From: an uncultured Acidimicrobiaceae bacterium
Lineage (GTDB): Bacteria; Actinomycetota; Acidimicrobiia; Spongiisociales; ZC4RG35
Direction of reading: 5' to 3'
Assembly (NCBI GenBank): GCA_964400035.1
Contig: CAYNSP010000003.1
Coordinates: 1-44,202, forward strand
DNA length: 44,202 nt
Numbering within the stretch: position 1 is the stretch's first letter; each line of letters opens with the position of its first letter. Under the pieces are notes generated by a model. It did not search any database. It saw only the letters and a list, made by a program, of their open reading frames with translations, and was not told the DNA's origin. A program made the translations under genes and the position numbers. This document shows, piece after piece, positions 8,544 to 17,305 of this stretch.

Positions 8544-9818
8544 ATGCCAGCCAATGTCGTCCTCGGTGCCCAATGGGGCGACGAAGGTAAGGGTCGGGTC
8601 GTCGACTACTTCGCGGCGAATGCTGACTATGCGGTCCGATACCAGGGTGGGAATAACGCCGGCCACACCATCATCGTCGGTGAGCAGAAACTGGCCCTCT
8701 CCCTGATCCCGTCGGGGATCCACTACCCCGGGTGCGTACCGGTCATCGCGTCGGGGACAGTTATCGACCCCCGGGTCCTCTTCTCAGAGATGGAGATGCT
8801 CGCCGGGAAGGGATTCGACCCGTCCCGGGTCAGGGTTTCATCTAACGCCCATCTGATAATGCCGTATCACCTCAAGTTCGATGCGGTCATCGAGAGGTAC
8901 CTCGGCGAGAACCAGATCGGCACCACGAAACGTGGGATCGGACCGGCGTACACCGACAAGTACGCACGGGTCGGGATCCGGGTGCAGGACCTGTTCGACC
9001 CGAAGATCTTCAGGGAGAAGGTCGAGGCAGCCCTACTGTACAAGAACAAGATCCTCCCCCGGGTCTACAACACCCTCCCGATGGATGCGGATGAGATCGT
9101 CACCGAGTACCTGGGTTACGCAGACCGTCTCGCCCCCCATGTGGTTGATACCTCCGTCCTTCTCTGGGATGCCTTGAAGGAGGGCAAGCACGTCCTCTTC
9201 GAAGGGGGCCAGGGAACCCTCCTGGATGTGGACCACGGGACATATCCCTTTGTCACTTCGTCAAACCCAACAGCCGGTGGCGCCGCGGTCGGTTCGGGGA
9301 TCGGCCCGAAGCTGATCGACGAGATCGTCGGGGTCGCCAAGGCCTACATCTCCCGGGTGGGTACCGGACCCTTCCCGACTGAGCTGCACGACGCAGTCGG
9401 AGATCGAATGATCGAGCTCGGCGGCGAATATGGAACCGTCACCGGGCGGCGCCGTCGATGCGGTTGGCTCGATCTGGTTGCACTTGAGTACGCCGTTCGG
9501 GTCAACACCTTCACCCGCCTGTTCATCACCAAGCTGGACATCCTGTCGGCGTTCGACACCATCAGGGTGGCCCGGGCCTATCAGAGCGGTGGAGAGCGAT
9601 ACGACCGCTTCCCCGCCTCTCAGAGTGTCCTCTACCACTGCGAACCGGTGTATGACGATCTGCCCGGATGGGGTGTGGACATCAGCGGAGTCCGCACCTA
9701 TCAGGAACTCCCCGCGGAGGCGAGGGCCTACATCGAGTACATCCAGGAGGCTGTGGGCGTCAAGGTTGGGTGGGTCTCCGTCGGTCCGGAACGCAGCCAG
9801 CTCATCGAAGTCCCATGA
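8544..9818 (+). CDS. purA: adenylosuccinate synthase
   Basis: The start was reset to ATG 8544 (MPANVVLGAQWGDEGKGRVVD). GGNNAGHT and TTKRGIGPAY motifs are present. The track ORF has a 23-codon spurious extension. Confidence 0.95.
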   Translation: MPANVVLGAQWGDEGKGRVVDYFAANADYAVRYQGGNNAGHTIIVGEQKLALSLIPSGIHYPGCVPVIASGTVIDPRVLFSEMEMLAGKGFDPSRVRVSSNAHLIMPYHLKFDAVIERYLGENQIGTTKRGIGPAYTDKYARVGIRVQDLFDPKIFREKVEAALLYKNKILPRVYNTLPMDADEIVTEYLGYADRLAPHVVDTSVLLWDALKEGKHVLFEGGQGTLLDVDHGTYPFVTSSNPTAGGAAVGSGIGPKLIDEIVGVAKAYISRVGTGPFPTELHDAVGDRMIELGGEYGTVTGRRRRCGWLDLVALEYAVRVNTFTRLFITKLDILSAFDTIRVARAYQSGGERYDRFPASQSVLYHCEPVYDDLPGWGVDISGVRTYQELPAEARAYIEYIQEAVGVKVGWVSVGPERSQLIEVP

Positions 9819-11032
9819 GGGTTCTGCTGATCGGCACGGGGGGTCGGGAACACGCCATCGGGTGGAAGCTGGCCTCCTCCCCGAAGGTCTCAGAGGTGAT
9901 CTCCCTCCCCGGTAACCCGGGTCTGGCCAGCGTCGGACCCACCGTCGAAGGCATTGCTCCAACCGATGTGGGTGCGGTGGCGGCGATGGCGAGGCTCCAG
10001 AAGGTGGATCTGGTAGTTGTCGGTCCCGAAGCTCCCCTTGCCGCCGGTTTGGTCGATGCTGTTGCCAGGCTCGGGATTCCCACCTTCGGACCGACCCGGG
10101 CGGCCGCAAGGCTCGAAGCCTCGAAGGCCTTCGCCAAGGAGGTGATGTTCGGCGCCGGGGTCCCCACTGCGGCCTCCACCCGGTTCGATGAGCCGGCAGG
10201 GGCTCTCAACCATCTCGACTCGAGCGAGGGTCCTTACGTGGTCAAGGCTGACGGTCTGGCCGCAGGGAAGGGTGTGCTCGTAACCGACTCCCGGGAAGAG
10301 GCCAGGGCCTGGGTAGATCAATGGATCTACAGGGGGCCTGTGGTAATCGAAGAATTCCTGGATGGGCCCGAGTTGAGTGTGTTCGCCGTATGCACTGATC
10401 GTGGGGCGGTCCCCCTTGAGCCAGCCCGGGACTACAAACGTCTGCTCGAAGGTGACCTCGGTCCCAACACCGGTGGAATGGGGTCGTACTCGCCGGTCGA
10501 CCTACCCGATGGTCTGGTGGGAACAGTGATGGATCAGGTGGTGAAACCGACCCTCAACGAGATGGAGTCAAGGGGCACCCCCTTCACCGGGTTCCTCTAC
10601 TGCGGTTTGGCACTGACCGAAGACGGTCCCAAGGTGATCGAGTTCAATGTCCGTCTCGGCGACCCCGAAGCTCAGGTTCTGCTCCCCCGGATGACCACGG
10701 ACCTGGTCGAGGTGATGGAAGGGACGACACCGGAGTGGTCTGAGCAAGCAGCGGTCAATGTGACCCTGGCCGCCCCGGGCTATCCGGAAGCACCCGAGAA
10801 GGGCGGTCTGATCTCCGGTTTGAAGGACGTTCCCGATGACGTCCTGGTGTTCCATGCAGGCACCGCCCGGGATGAGAGGGGCCGACTGGTCGTCGACGGA
10901 GGGAGAGTCCTCAATCTGGTCGGCACCGGTGCCACCCTCCAGGAAGCACGCGACCGTGCCTACTCCGCGGCGCGTTCAGTCACCTGGCCCGGCGTCCAGT
11001 ACCGCACCGACATCGCTGGAGGTGTGGAATGA
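9815..11032 (+). CDS. purD: phosphoribosylamine--glycine ligase
   Basis: MRVLLIGTGGREHAIGWKL N-terminus. Its ATG overlaps the purA stop (ATGA at 9815-9818). ATP-grasp body. Confidence 0.95.
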   Translation: MRVLLIGTGGREHAIGWKLASSPKVSEVISLPGNPGLASVGPTVEGIAPTDVGAVAAMARLQKVDLVVVGPEAPLAAGLVDAVARLGIPTFGPTRAAARLEASKAFAKEVMFGAGVPTAASTRFDEPAGALNHLDSSEGPYVVKADGLAAGKGVLVTDSREEARAWVDQWIYRGPVVIEEFLDGPELSVFAVCTDRGAVPLEPARDYKRLLEGDLGPNTGGMGSYSPVDLPDGLVGTVMDQVVKPTLNEMESRGTPFTGFLYCGLALTEDGPKVIEFNVRLGDPEAQVLLPRMTTDLVEVMEGTTPEWSEQAAVNVTLAAPGYPEAPEKGGLISGLKDVPDDVLVFHAGTARDERGRLVVDGGRVLNLVGTGATLQEARDRAYSAARSVTWPGVQYRTDIAGGVE

Positions 11033-11252
11033 GCATGAAAGGAACGGTTCGGCAGGGACGGGGTGTGGGTGCGTGGTCCTGAGGCGACCCAGGAATTCGC
11101 CGCTGGGGTCGAGGGGACCGGCTATCCGGTGCTCTGGGTCGGTGGCTCACCACCTGACGGCGGCTGCATCCCGGTCCATCCCTTAACCGACCCCCAACGC
11201 CTCGGCACCGTTCGCACCCTCGCCACCCACCTCACTCTTCGCTGATCCCAAC

Positions 11253-11258
11253 TAGGTT
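11253..11258 (+). promoter_or_regulatory. -10-like hexamer TAGGTT, 6 nt upstream of the GNAT ATG (candidate leaderless promoter)
   Basis: TAGGTT-cagcgg-ATG(11265). No SD. It follows a 232-bp non-coding gap. Confidence 0.3.
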
Positions 11259-11264
11259 CAGCGG

Positions 11265-12128
11265 ATGGACGTCATCTCCTACTCCGATCCCGCCTTGTTT
11301 GTGGAGGAGGTGTGGCCGTGGTTGACGGAAAAGGAAGCGGAAAACTGTTTGATCATCGGGGTCTCGGGTGCCATCTCGAGAGCACCCGAAAGGTTTGAGG
11401 GATACAAGCAGTGGACGGTGGTCGACGAGTCCGGCATCGTGGCGGCAGCCCTGATAGCTCCCCATGCCAACGTCATGTTGGCCGACACCGGAATCCGGGC
11501 GGCGGTCGAAGCCCTCGCTTCGGCTCTGCACGACGAGGCAATCGAGATCCCGGGTGTCATCGCCACCATCCCCACTGCCGACTGGTTCACCGATGCCTGG
11601 AAACGGTCCACCGGCGTCGATGCGGAGGTGACCATGGCGCAGGGCTTGTTCCGGCTTGATCGAGTGGAGATAGTCCCGGCGCCCAAGGGCCACGCAAGAG
11701 AAGCAACCGAGAGCGACATTGATGTTCTCGCTCTCTGGTTGGTCGCCTTTCGTGACGAAGCAGTGCCCCACAATGAACCCCTCACCGTCGATTCGGCAAA
11801 GACCCTGATCGAACGGCGTTTGGACAACCCGGACACAGGGATGTGGGTCTGGGACCACGAGGGCCAGGTGGTCTCCATGAGTGGACATGGCGGGCCTACA
11901 CCAAATGGAATCCGGATCGCCCCCGTGTATACGCCACCCGACCTGCGGGGCAACGGCTACGCCACCGCTCTGGTCGCACATCAGAGCCAGGACCTCCTCG
12001 ACTCCGGGAGAAGGTTCTGTTTCCTCTACACCGACCTCTCCAACCCGACCTCCAACGCCATCTACGAGAGGATCGGGTACAAGAGAATCGCCGACTCCGC
12101 CGAGATCAGGTTCACGGCTGGCGAGTAG
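11265..12128 (+). CDS. GNAT family N-acetyltransferase (two-domain)
   Basis: The C-terminal half has the acetyl-CoA loop DLRGNGYATALV and NPTSNAIYERIGY, typical of GNAT motifs A/B. Confidence 0.75.
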   Translation: MDVISYSDPALFVEEVWPWLTEKEAENCLIIGVSGAISRAPERFEGYKQWTVVDESGIVAAALIAPHANVMLADTGIRAAVEALASALHDEAIEIPGVIATIPTADWFTDAWKRSTGVDAEVTMAQGLFRLDRVEIVPAPKGHAREATESDIDVLALWLVAFRDEAVPHNEPLTVDSAKTLIERRLDNPDTGMWVWDHEGQVVSMSGHGGPTPNGIRIAPVYTPPDLRGNGYATALVAHQSQDLLDSGRRFCFLYTDLSNPTSNAIYERIGYKRIADSAEIRFTAGE

Positions 12129-12176
12129 GCAAAGGGTCTCCCGCGGATATCCCCGGGACCCCTTGGCCTCAGTGGG

Positions 12177-12746
12177 TTATTCGACGTCGAGGTCGGCAAA
12201 CATCCCGTGGACGAAGTGAGGGGGTCCGGCACCTTCGATCTGGGGTGGTCCCCCTTCAGACTGTGCTGCAGCCGCGAGGTACTCCTGGGGGTCGACCCCC
12301 GTCGGGATGAAGCAGAAGAGCACATGTCTTCCCGGTTCGGTGAGCGTTCCGTCGCCGACAGCCGCTATCTGCTCACCACCGGGCGCTGCCAGGAGCACGG
12401 CAACAGGGGGACCGAGGACCGACTCCAACTCGTGGGGCGGCAAGGTCACCAATTCTGATGCCTGTCGCTCCTCGCCGACGGCAAGTCTGAACACCACCAC
12501 CTCGTGAAGCTCGGCCTCGGCGTGGTTGGACACCGTGAGCCTGGTGCCCGCCGGCACGGACGAAGGCAGACCGACGAACGAAAAATCGTGCAATGCGACC
12601 TCGACGACGTTGACTGCCTGAGTCGTGCTCGTGGTGGGAGCACTTGTGGTTGCCGTGGACCCACTATCGCCACAGGCGGCCAGGACCAGACCCAGCACGA
12701 AGGTGGAAGCTAGAGCACGAAGGCTCCGGGTTGACTGATAGTTCAT
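12177..12746 (-). CDS. cupredoxin-like lipoprotein with atypical Cu-ligand loop
   Basis: Lipobox LVLAAC. VEVALHDFSFVG..VPAGTRLTVSNHAEAELHEVVVF resembles the N-terminal strands of plastocyanin/azurin-type domains. Putative ligands are H81, C145 (FCFIP), H177 and M182 (HFVHGM). Confidence 0.6.
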   Translation of the reverse strand: MNYQSTRSLRALASTFVLGLVLAACGDSGSTATTSAPTTSTTQAVNVVEVALHDFSFVGLPSSVPAGTRLTVSNHAEAELHEVVVFRLAVGEERQASELVTLPPHELESVLGPPVAVLLAAPGGEQIAAVGDGTLTEPGRHVLFCFIPTGVDPQEYLAAAAQSEGGPPQIEGAGPPHFVHGMFADLDVE

Positions 12747-12767
12747 TTCATTGGTCCCTTCGTCTTC

Positions 12768-13280
12768 TCAGGAGAGTGGGGGTGGGGGCGGACCGAGAAT
12801 GTCGATGCCGTGGGCGGCGCAAACCTCGGCAACATGGCCAGGGTCGATCGGGCCTGGGGAGGGCATGGCGGGTACTTCGGTAGGTGTGCCCAGAGCGGCG
12901 ACCATCTCATCGAATCGCGGTGGCCCCGAGCTTGACCCGGTCACGTTGAGGATGCGGGCCTGCTCGGAGAGAACCTGGAATCCGTGAGGGACAGCACGGG
13001 GTAGCAGTGCGATCCCGCCAGCCCCGCAGCTGCGCTCGACGCCTCCGGTACGGAGGACGATCTCGCCCTCCAGCACAACGAACAGCTCGTCCTCATCGTT
13101 GTGACGATGAACCGGCGGCCCGAACCCTCTGGGGGCGAGAAACTCGACCACACTCATCTGGCCGTCAGGACCAGCCGAGACTTTCACGGTGGCCAGGTGG
13201 TTCAGGAAGTGATAATGCTCCCCTCCACCCGGTTCGAGGATCAGGGGCCGGCGGGTGGTGAATTCGTTGTTCGTGTCCAT
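12768..13280 (-). CDS. cupin domain-containing (metal-binding) protein
   Basis: Start reset to ATG 13280 (MDTNNEF...). Cupin motif 1 is PPVHRHNDEDELFVVLEGE and motif 2 is LLPRAVPHGF. Confidence 0.75.
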   Translation of the reverse strand: MDTNNEFTTRRPLILEPGGGEHYHFLNHLATVKVSAGPDGQMSVVEFLAPRGFGPPVHRHNDEDELFVVLEGEIVLRTGGVERSCGAGGIALLPRAVPHGFQVLSEQARILNVTGSSSGPPRFDEMVAALGTPTEVPAMPSPGPIDPGHVAEVCAAHGIDILGPPPPPLS

Positions 13281-13314
13281 GTGAGCAGCATGCCTGCGCA
13301 CATTTCGAAAACCT

Positions 13315-14835
13315 TCAGACGAGGTCCTCGAACCTGCCCACCTCGATGTCCAACTCAGCCAGAGCGGCGGACCATGCCCGGTGAGCCCGTTTTGCCTCCC
13401 GGGTCTCACCCGCCTCCAAGAGGGAGTCCACCAGCATGCGATGGGCCCGCTCGTCGTATCGATCGACCGCGATCATTCGGTGGGCCAGGTGAATTCGCCG
13501 ACCCGGGTCGGCTTCCGCCTCGGCGAGGCGGCGAGCTGCGGTGACGAAGCGGGCTCGGGCTTCCCCGCGCATGGGCCCGGCCCAGTCCTCGTACCTGTCC
13601 TCGGGTAGGAAGTCACCGCGGTACGCATCGACGATGGCCTCATCCGTTCCGGCAGCGAAGAACTCCTCAAGATCGCTGTCGACGCGCTCCAGGTCGAGAC
13701 GCACACTGGATCGATCGGCAATCACCCCGCCTCCGAGGATGCGGCGGATGCCGGAAAGCTGCACCGACAGGCGGGACCCGAGACGGCGCATATCAACTTC
13801 ATTCGGCCAGCAAAGATCAATCAGTTCATCCCGGGTCACCGGCCAGCCACGGGCCGCCACCAACCTCTTCAGAATCTGTCGCGCCAGGCGTGAACCCCAT
13901 TCGGACACAGGGACCTCCACGCCGTCGCGGAGCACCAGGAACTCTCCCAGAGTGCGGATCGCAACAGTCGGGGCGGCGCCGACCGGAACCCGGGGCGTAA
14001 CCGATCCGGTCACAAACCGCTCGACTTCATCCATCCAGGCCCGGACGTCTCCGGCGTACTGGAAGTGGTCGTCACCCTCCAACTCCACATACTTCGCACC
14101 GGGTATTCCCTCAGCGATTTCCCTGCTCAGCCACGACGGAACGGCCCGGTCATCGCGACGATGGAGGACCAGGGTGGGCACCTCAAGGGACGGAAGCAGT
14201 TCACGTACATCGGACTGGTAAGCAAGATCGAGCAGTTCGAGAAGAGACTCCGGGTCGGCCGCCGATCGCTCATAACTGCGGTGCCACTCGAGAAAGTCCG
14301 GGTCCGTGGCCAATGATGGTGCGAATCCGTAGGCCACCAAAGACTCATCTGTGCCCCAACGGTGCGCATAGGCGACCATCGCCTCTCGGTCCGGTTCGAC
14401 CAGGTTGTCCTCGTCGTCTCTCAGATGCTGTGCTGCGAATGCGCCGTGAAGTATCAAGCCGTCGACACGGTCCGGATAGGTGGCTGCGAAAAGTATTGCC
14501 ATGGGCCCACCTTCGGAGCAGGCGAAAAGGTGGGCTGTGTCCACTCCGGCGTCGTCCATGACTGCTCGGAGGTCTTCGACCCTTTCGTCCAAGCCGGGGA
14601 CCCGGCTCCTACGGTCAGAAGCCCCGGTACTCCGCTTGTCGAAGTGGAGGAAGCGGGTGAAGCTCCCGAACTGGTTGAGCATCCGAGCGATGTCCGGCCA
14701 CTCCCAGGCCATCTCGATGTGCTGTGCCATGGGAGGGATTGCAACCATGTTGTGGTTGCCGTCCCCGAACACCTGATAGGCGAGGCGGGCGCCATGGGAG
14801 TAGGCGAACCCTATCGGCGACTTCTCAAACCCCAC
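13315..14835 (-). CDS. fusion protein: N-terminal alpha/beta-hydrolase plus C-terminal SARP-type winged-helix and BTAD transcriptional activator domains
   Basis: GTG start at 14835. Residues 1 to about 285 form the hydrolase fold, with the nucleophile elbow FACSEGGPMA, an Asp in HRRDDRAVP and a His in GDDHFQY. From about residue 290 the protein reads IRTLGEFLVLRDGVEVPV...VTRDELIDLCWPNE...LSVQLSGIRRIL (OmpR/SARP wHTH), followed by a BTAD helical repeat (YRGDFLPEDRYEDWA...DRYDERAHRMLVDSLLEAGETREA). Confidence 0.75.
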   Translation of the reverse strand: MGFEKSPIGFAYSHGARLAYQVFGDGNHNMVAIPPMAQHIEMAWEWPDIARMLNQFGSFTRFLHFDKRSTGASDRRSRVPGLDERVEDLRAVMDDAGVDTAHLFACSEGGPMAILFAATYPDRVDGLILHGAFAAQHLRDDEDNLVEPDREAMVAYAHRWGTDESLVAYGFAPSLATDPDFLEWHRSYERSAADPESLLELLDLAYQSDVRELLPSLEVPTLVLHRRDDRAVPSWLSREIAEGIPGAKYVELEGDDHFQYAGDVRAWMDEVERFVTGSVTPRVPVGAAPTVAIRTLGEFLVLRDGVEVPVSEWGSRLARQILKRLVAARGWPVTRDELIDLCWPNEVDMRRLGSRLSVQLSGIRRILGGGVIADRSSVRLDLERVDSDLEEFFAAGTDEAIVDAYRGDFLPEDRYEDWAGPMRGEARARFVTAARRLAEAEADPGRRIHLAHRMIAVDRYDERAHRMLVDSLLEAGETREAKRAHRAWSAALAELDIEVGRFEDLV

Positions 14836-14961
14836 ATGCCAAGGCTAACCGGGGAGCGAAGACGCCTTGCCCGGGTCCAATGAGATTGTCACCGCCGCCA
14901 TGACCAAGTCTTCGGGAAGAATCCTGGAACACACCGGAGACGGGATCCGCGCAGAATGGGT

Positions 14962-16260
14962 TCAGAGGGTCGCCGCCACCCCGTCTTCGGCTCCGGGATT
15001 GCGGGCGTCGTAGGCGAGGAGGCCTTTCTGCCAGGCAGCGATAAGGATCACGGCGAGGGTGCAAGCCAGGCCCCCGAGGATTGCGGCCCAGGCCTCCCCG
15101 GTCGCCACGGCCAGGGCACCGAGGAGAAGAGACCCCAGATGCGGCCCGCCGGCGACCACCACGGTGAACACCCCCTGCAGCCGACCACGCAAGGCGTCTG
15201 GTGTCGCCACCTGCAGAATCGTGGTTCGGAATACAGCACTGACCGTATCGGCCACACCACCGAGAGCCAGGAGAGCGGCAGCCGGCCAGAGCGCCCAGTT
15301 CGCCCCACCCCCCGGCAAGGGACCGGGCGCGATTGCCACGATGACTCCGAAAGCGGCGATACATGCACCCCAGATCGCAACCGCGATCACGATCGCCCGG
15401 CCCTGTCTCCGGATCGCACCGAGACGACCCGAGAAGACCCCACCGAGAAACGACCCAACCGCGATGGCGGCAACGAAGATGGCCACCGTCGTCGGCCCGC
15501 CACCGACCATCAGGGCCCCCATCGCCGGGAACAGCACCCGGGGCATCGCCAGGATCATGGCGCAGAAGTCGGCGTAGAAGGTCATGGCAACGGTCGGTCG
15601 GGTCCGGAGGAATGCGAAGCCCTCCATAACTGAGCGCAAACCTGCGCGACGCACCTCACCGATCGGTGGCAATGGAGGCAGGGAGAGGAGAAGGATCGAA
15701 GCCATGATCTGCATCACCACCTGCGATCCGTAAGCCCACCCGTATCCGACCAGGTCGACTGTGAAACCACCCACCACAGGTCCGATCGCCATGGAAAGAC
15801 CCATCGCCAGACTTCCCAAAGCGTTTGCGGCGGGGAGGAGCTTTGTCTCGAGAAGTCTTGGAATCACCGCCTGCCGGGCCGGGCTGGCTACTGCGAAGAG
15901 TCCGCTCTGTATGGCCACCAACCCGTAAAGGAGGTTGACGGTGGCCGTGTTGGTGAAAGCGAGATAGGTGAGAGCAAGGCCGATCGCCACCAGACCGAAG
16001 TTGGATGCCAGTAGGACCTTGCGACGGTCGTAGGCGTCTACAACCGAGCCCCCGTAGAGGCCGAGAACGACCAGAGGGATCAATGAGAACAGCCCGACCA
16101 GACCCACCGCGAATGTGTTCTCGGTCAGGTCGTAGACCTGGAGCGCAACCACGACGCCGACCAGGGCCGAGCCCATGCCGGTCAACGCACCACCGGTCCA
16201 GAGGTGCCGGTAGGGACGGCTGGAGCGCAATGGTGTCAGATCGACGAGCAGACCGCGCAT
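14962..16260 (-). CDS. MFS transporter (EntS/MFS_3-like exporter)
   Basis: 12-TM hydrophobic profile. The N-terminus reads MRGLLVDLTPLRSSRPYRHLWTGGALTGMGSAL...GGSVVDAYDRRKVL, typical of the ENTS family. ATG 16260 is preferred over the GTG at 16278. Confidence 0.85.
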   Translation of the reverse strand: MRGLLVDLTPLRSSRPYRHLWTGGALTGMGSALVGVVVALQVYDLTENTFAVGLVGLFSLIPLVVLGLYGGSVVDAYDRRKVLLASNFGLVAIGLALTYLAFTNTATVNLLYGLVAIQSGLFAVASPARQAVIPRLLETKLLPAANALGSLAMGLSMAIGPVVGGFTVDLVGYGWAYGSQVVMQIMASILLLSLPPLPPIGEVRRAGLRSVMEGFAFLRTRPTVAMTFYADFCAMILAMPRVLFPAMGALMVGGGPTTVAIFVAAIAVGSFLGGVFSGRLGAIRRQGRAIVIAVAIWGACIAAFGVIVAIAPGPLPGGGANWALWPAAALLALGGVADTVSAVFRTTILQVATPDALRGRLQGVFTVVVAGGPHLGSLLLGALAVATGEAWAAILGGLACTLAVILIAAWQKGLLAYDARNPGAEDGVAATL

Positions 16261-16298
16261 GGACGCATTGTGACGCACCGCGTTACGGTTCTATTCCA

Positions 16299-16763
16299 AT
16301 GAGTCACAAAGTCGCCATCGTGATGGGGTCGGGGACCGATCGACCGGTGATGGAGAAGGCCACCGCCACCCTCACCGAGTTCGGGATCGAGCACGAGACC
16401 AGGGTTCTTTCCGCACACAAGACCCCGGATGAGGCCATCGAGTTCGCCGCCACCGCCGCCGATCAGGGTTTCGAAGTGATCATCGCCGGGGCGGGCAAGG
16501 CCGCCCACCTCGCCGGGGTGATGGCAGCCAAGTCGCTCCTCCCCGTTATCGGAGTTCCGATCAATGCATCGCTCGACGGGATGGACTCTCTTCTGTCCAC
16601 CGTCCAGATGCCGACCGGCGTCCCGGTGGCCACCGTTGCCATCGACGGCTCGACCAACGCTGCACTCCTGGCGGTGGCCATCCTTGCCCTGAACGACCCC
16701 GGGCTGCGGACGAAACTGGAGGAGTATCGGAAGGAGCTCGCCCGGAAGACGCTGGCGGGCTGA
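16299..16763 (+). CDS. purE: 5-(carboxyamino)imidazole ribonucleotide mutase (class I PurE-like)
   Basis: Start reset to ATG 16299 (MSHKVAIVMGS). SAHKTP, IIAGAGKAAHLAGV and VQMPTGVPVATVAI motifs are present. The track ORF has a 98-codon spurious extension. Confidence 0.9.
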   Translation: MSHKVAIVMGSGTDRPVMEKATATLTEFGIEHETRVLSAHKTPDEAIEFAATAADQGFEVIIAGAGKAAHLAGVMAAKSLLPVIGVPINASLDGMDSLLSTVQMPTGVPVATVAIDGSTNAALLAVAILALNDPGLRTKLEEYRKELARKTLAG

Positions 16764-17287
16764 TGGCGAAGCTGGTGTGCTCCATGAACCAGTCTCTCGA
16801 CGGGTACGTCGACCATGACCGGTTCCGGCCGGACGAGGTCCTCTTCCGTCATTTCATAGATGAGGTCGGCGGTCTCACCGGAAGCCTCTACGGGCGGCGT
16901 TTCTACGAGTTGATGTCCTACTGGGACCACGACGATCCGGAGTGGGGCGAAGACGAGCACGCTTTCGCCGCTGCCTGGCGGGGTCAGCCGAAGTGGGTGG
17001 TCTCCAGCACCATGAGCGATCTGGGCCCCAACGCCACATTGGTAGAAGGCGATCTGCACGAGTTCATCCACCGTCTCAAGACCGAGCAGGAAGGTCTGAT
17101 CGAAGTGGCAGGCCCGCGCCTCGCCAACAGTATCGCCCCGCTCATCGACGAGTACCAGATCTACCTTCATCCCGTTGTGCTTGGCGACGGGGTCCCCTAT
17201 TTCGCCGGTCCCAGACCACCACTACGGCTCGTATCCAGTGAACAGATCGGCGAAAGCGTGGTGAGGCTCGTCTACGTCCCCGGGTGA
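16763..17287 (+). CDS. dihydrofolate reductase family protein (RibD C-terminal domain)
   Basis: MAKLVCSMNQSLDGYV...GRRFYELM...IYLHPVVLGDGVPYF is typical of the RibD_C/YyaP-like reductase family. Its start overlaps the purE stop (TGATG). Confidence 0.8.
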   Translation: MAKLVCSMNQSLDGYVDHDRFRPDEVLFRHFIDEVGGLTGSLYGRRFYELMSYWDHDDPEWGEDEHAFAAAWRGQPKWVVSSTMSDLGPNATLVEGDLHEFIHRLKTEQEGLIEVAGPRLANSIAPLIDEYQIYLHPVVLGDGVPYFAGPRPPLRLVSSEQIGESVVRLVYVPG

Positions 17288-17292
17288 ACCCC

Positions 17293-17298
17293 TACGAT
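17293..17298 (+). promoter_or_regulatory. -10-like hexamer TACGAT, 7 nt upstream of the gcdH ATG
   Basis: TACGAT-tccgtcc-ATG(17306). No SD. The gap from the upstream gene is only 18 nt, so co-transcription is an alternative. Confidence 0.25.
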
Positions 17299-17305
17299 TC
17301 CGTCC

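Noticed and set aside
11063-11245. 60-aa ORF in the 232-bp purD/GNAT gap. Together with a 15-codon ORF at 11035 it faintly resembles the N-terminus of LLM-class/F420-dependent oxidoreductases (GRGVGAW...EFAAGVEGTGYPVLWVGG).
   Set aside because: It is too short and needs an assumed frameshift. The resemblance rests on a few residues recalled from memory. It is at best a gene remnant and is not supportable as a feature.
12134-12161. Imperfect hairpin GGGTC(T)CC...GGGACCC between the convergent GNAT and cupredoxin genes, considered as a bidirectional terminator.
   Set aside because: The stem is bulged, the loop is large and poorly paired, and there is no U-tract. It is too weak to list as a feature.
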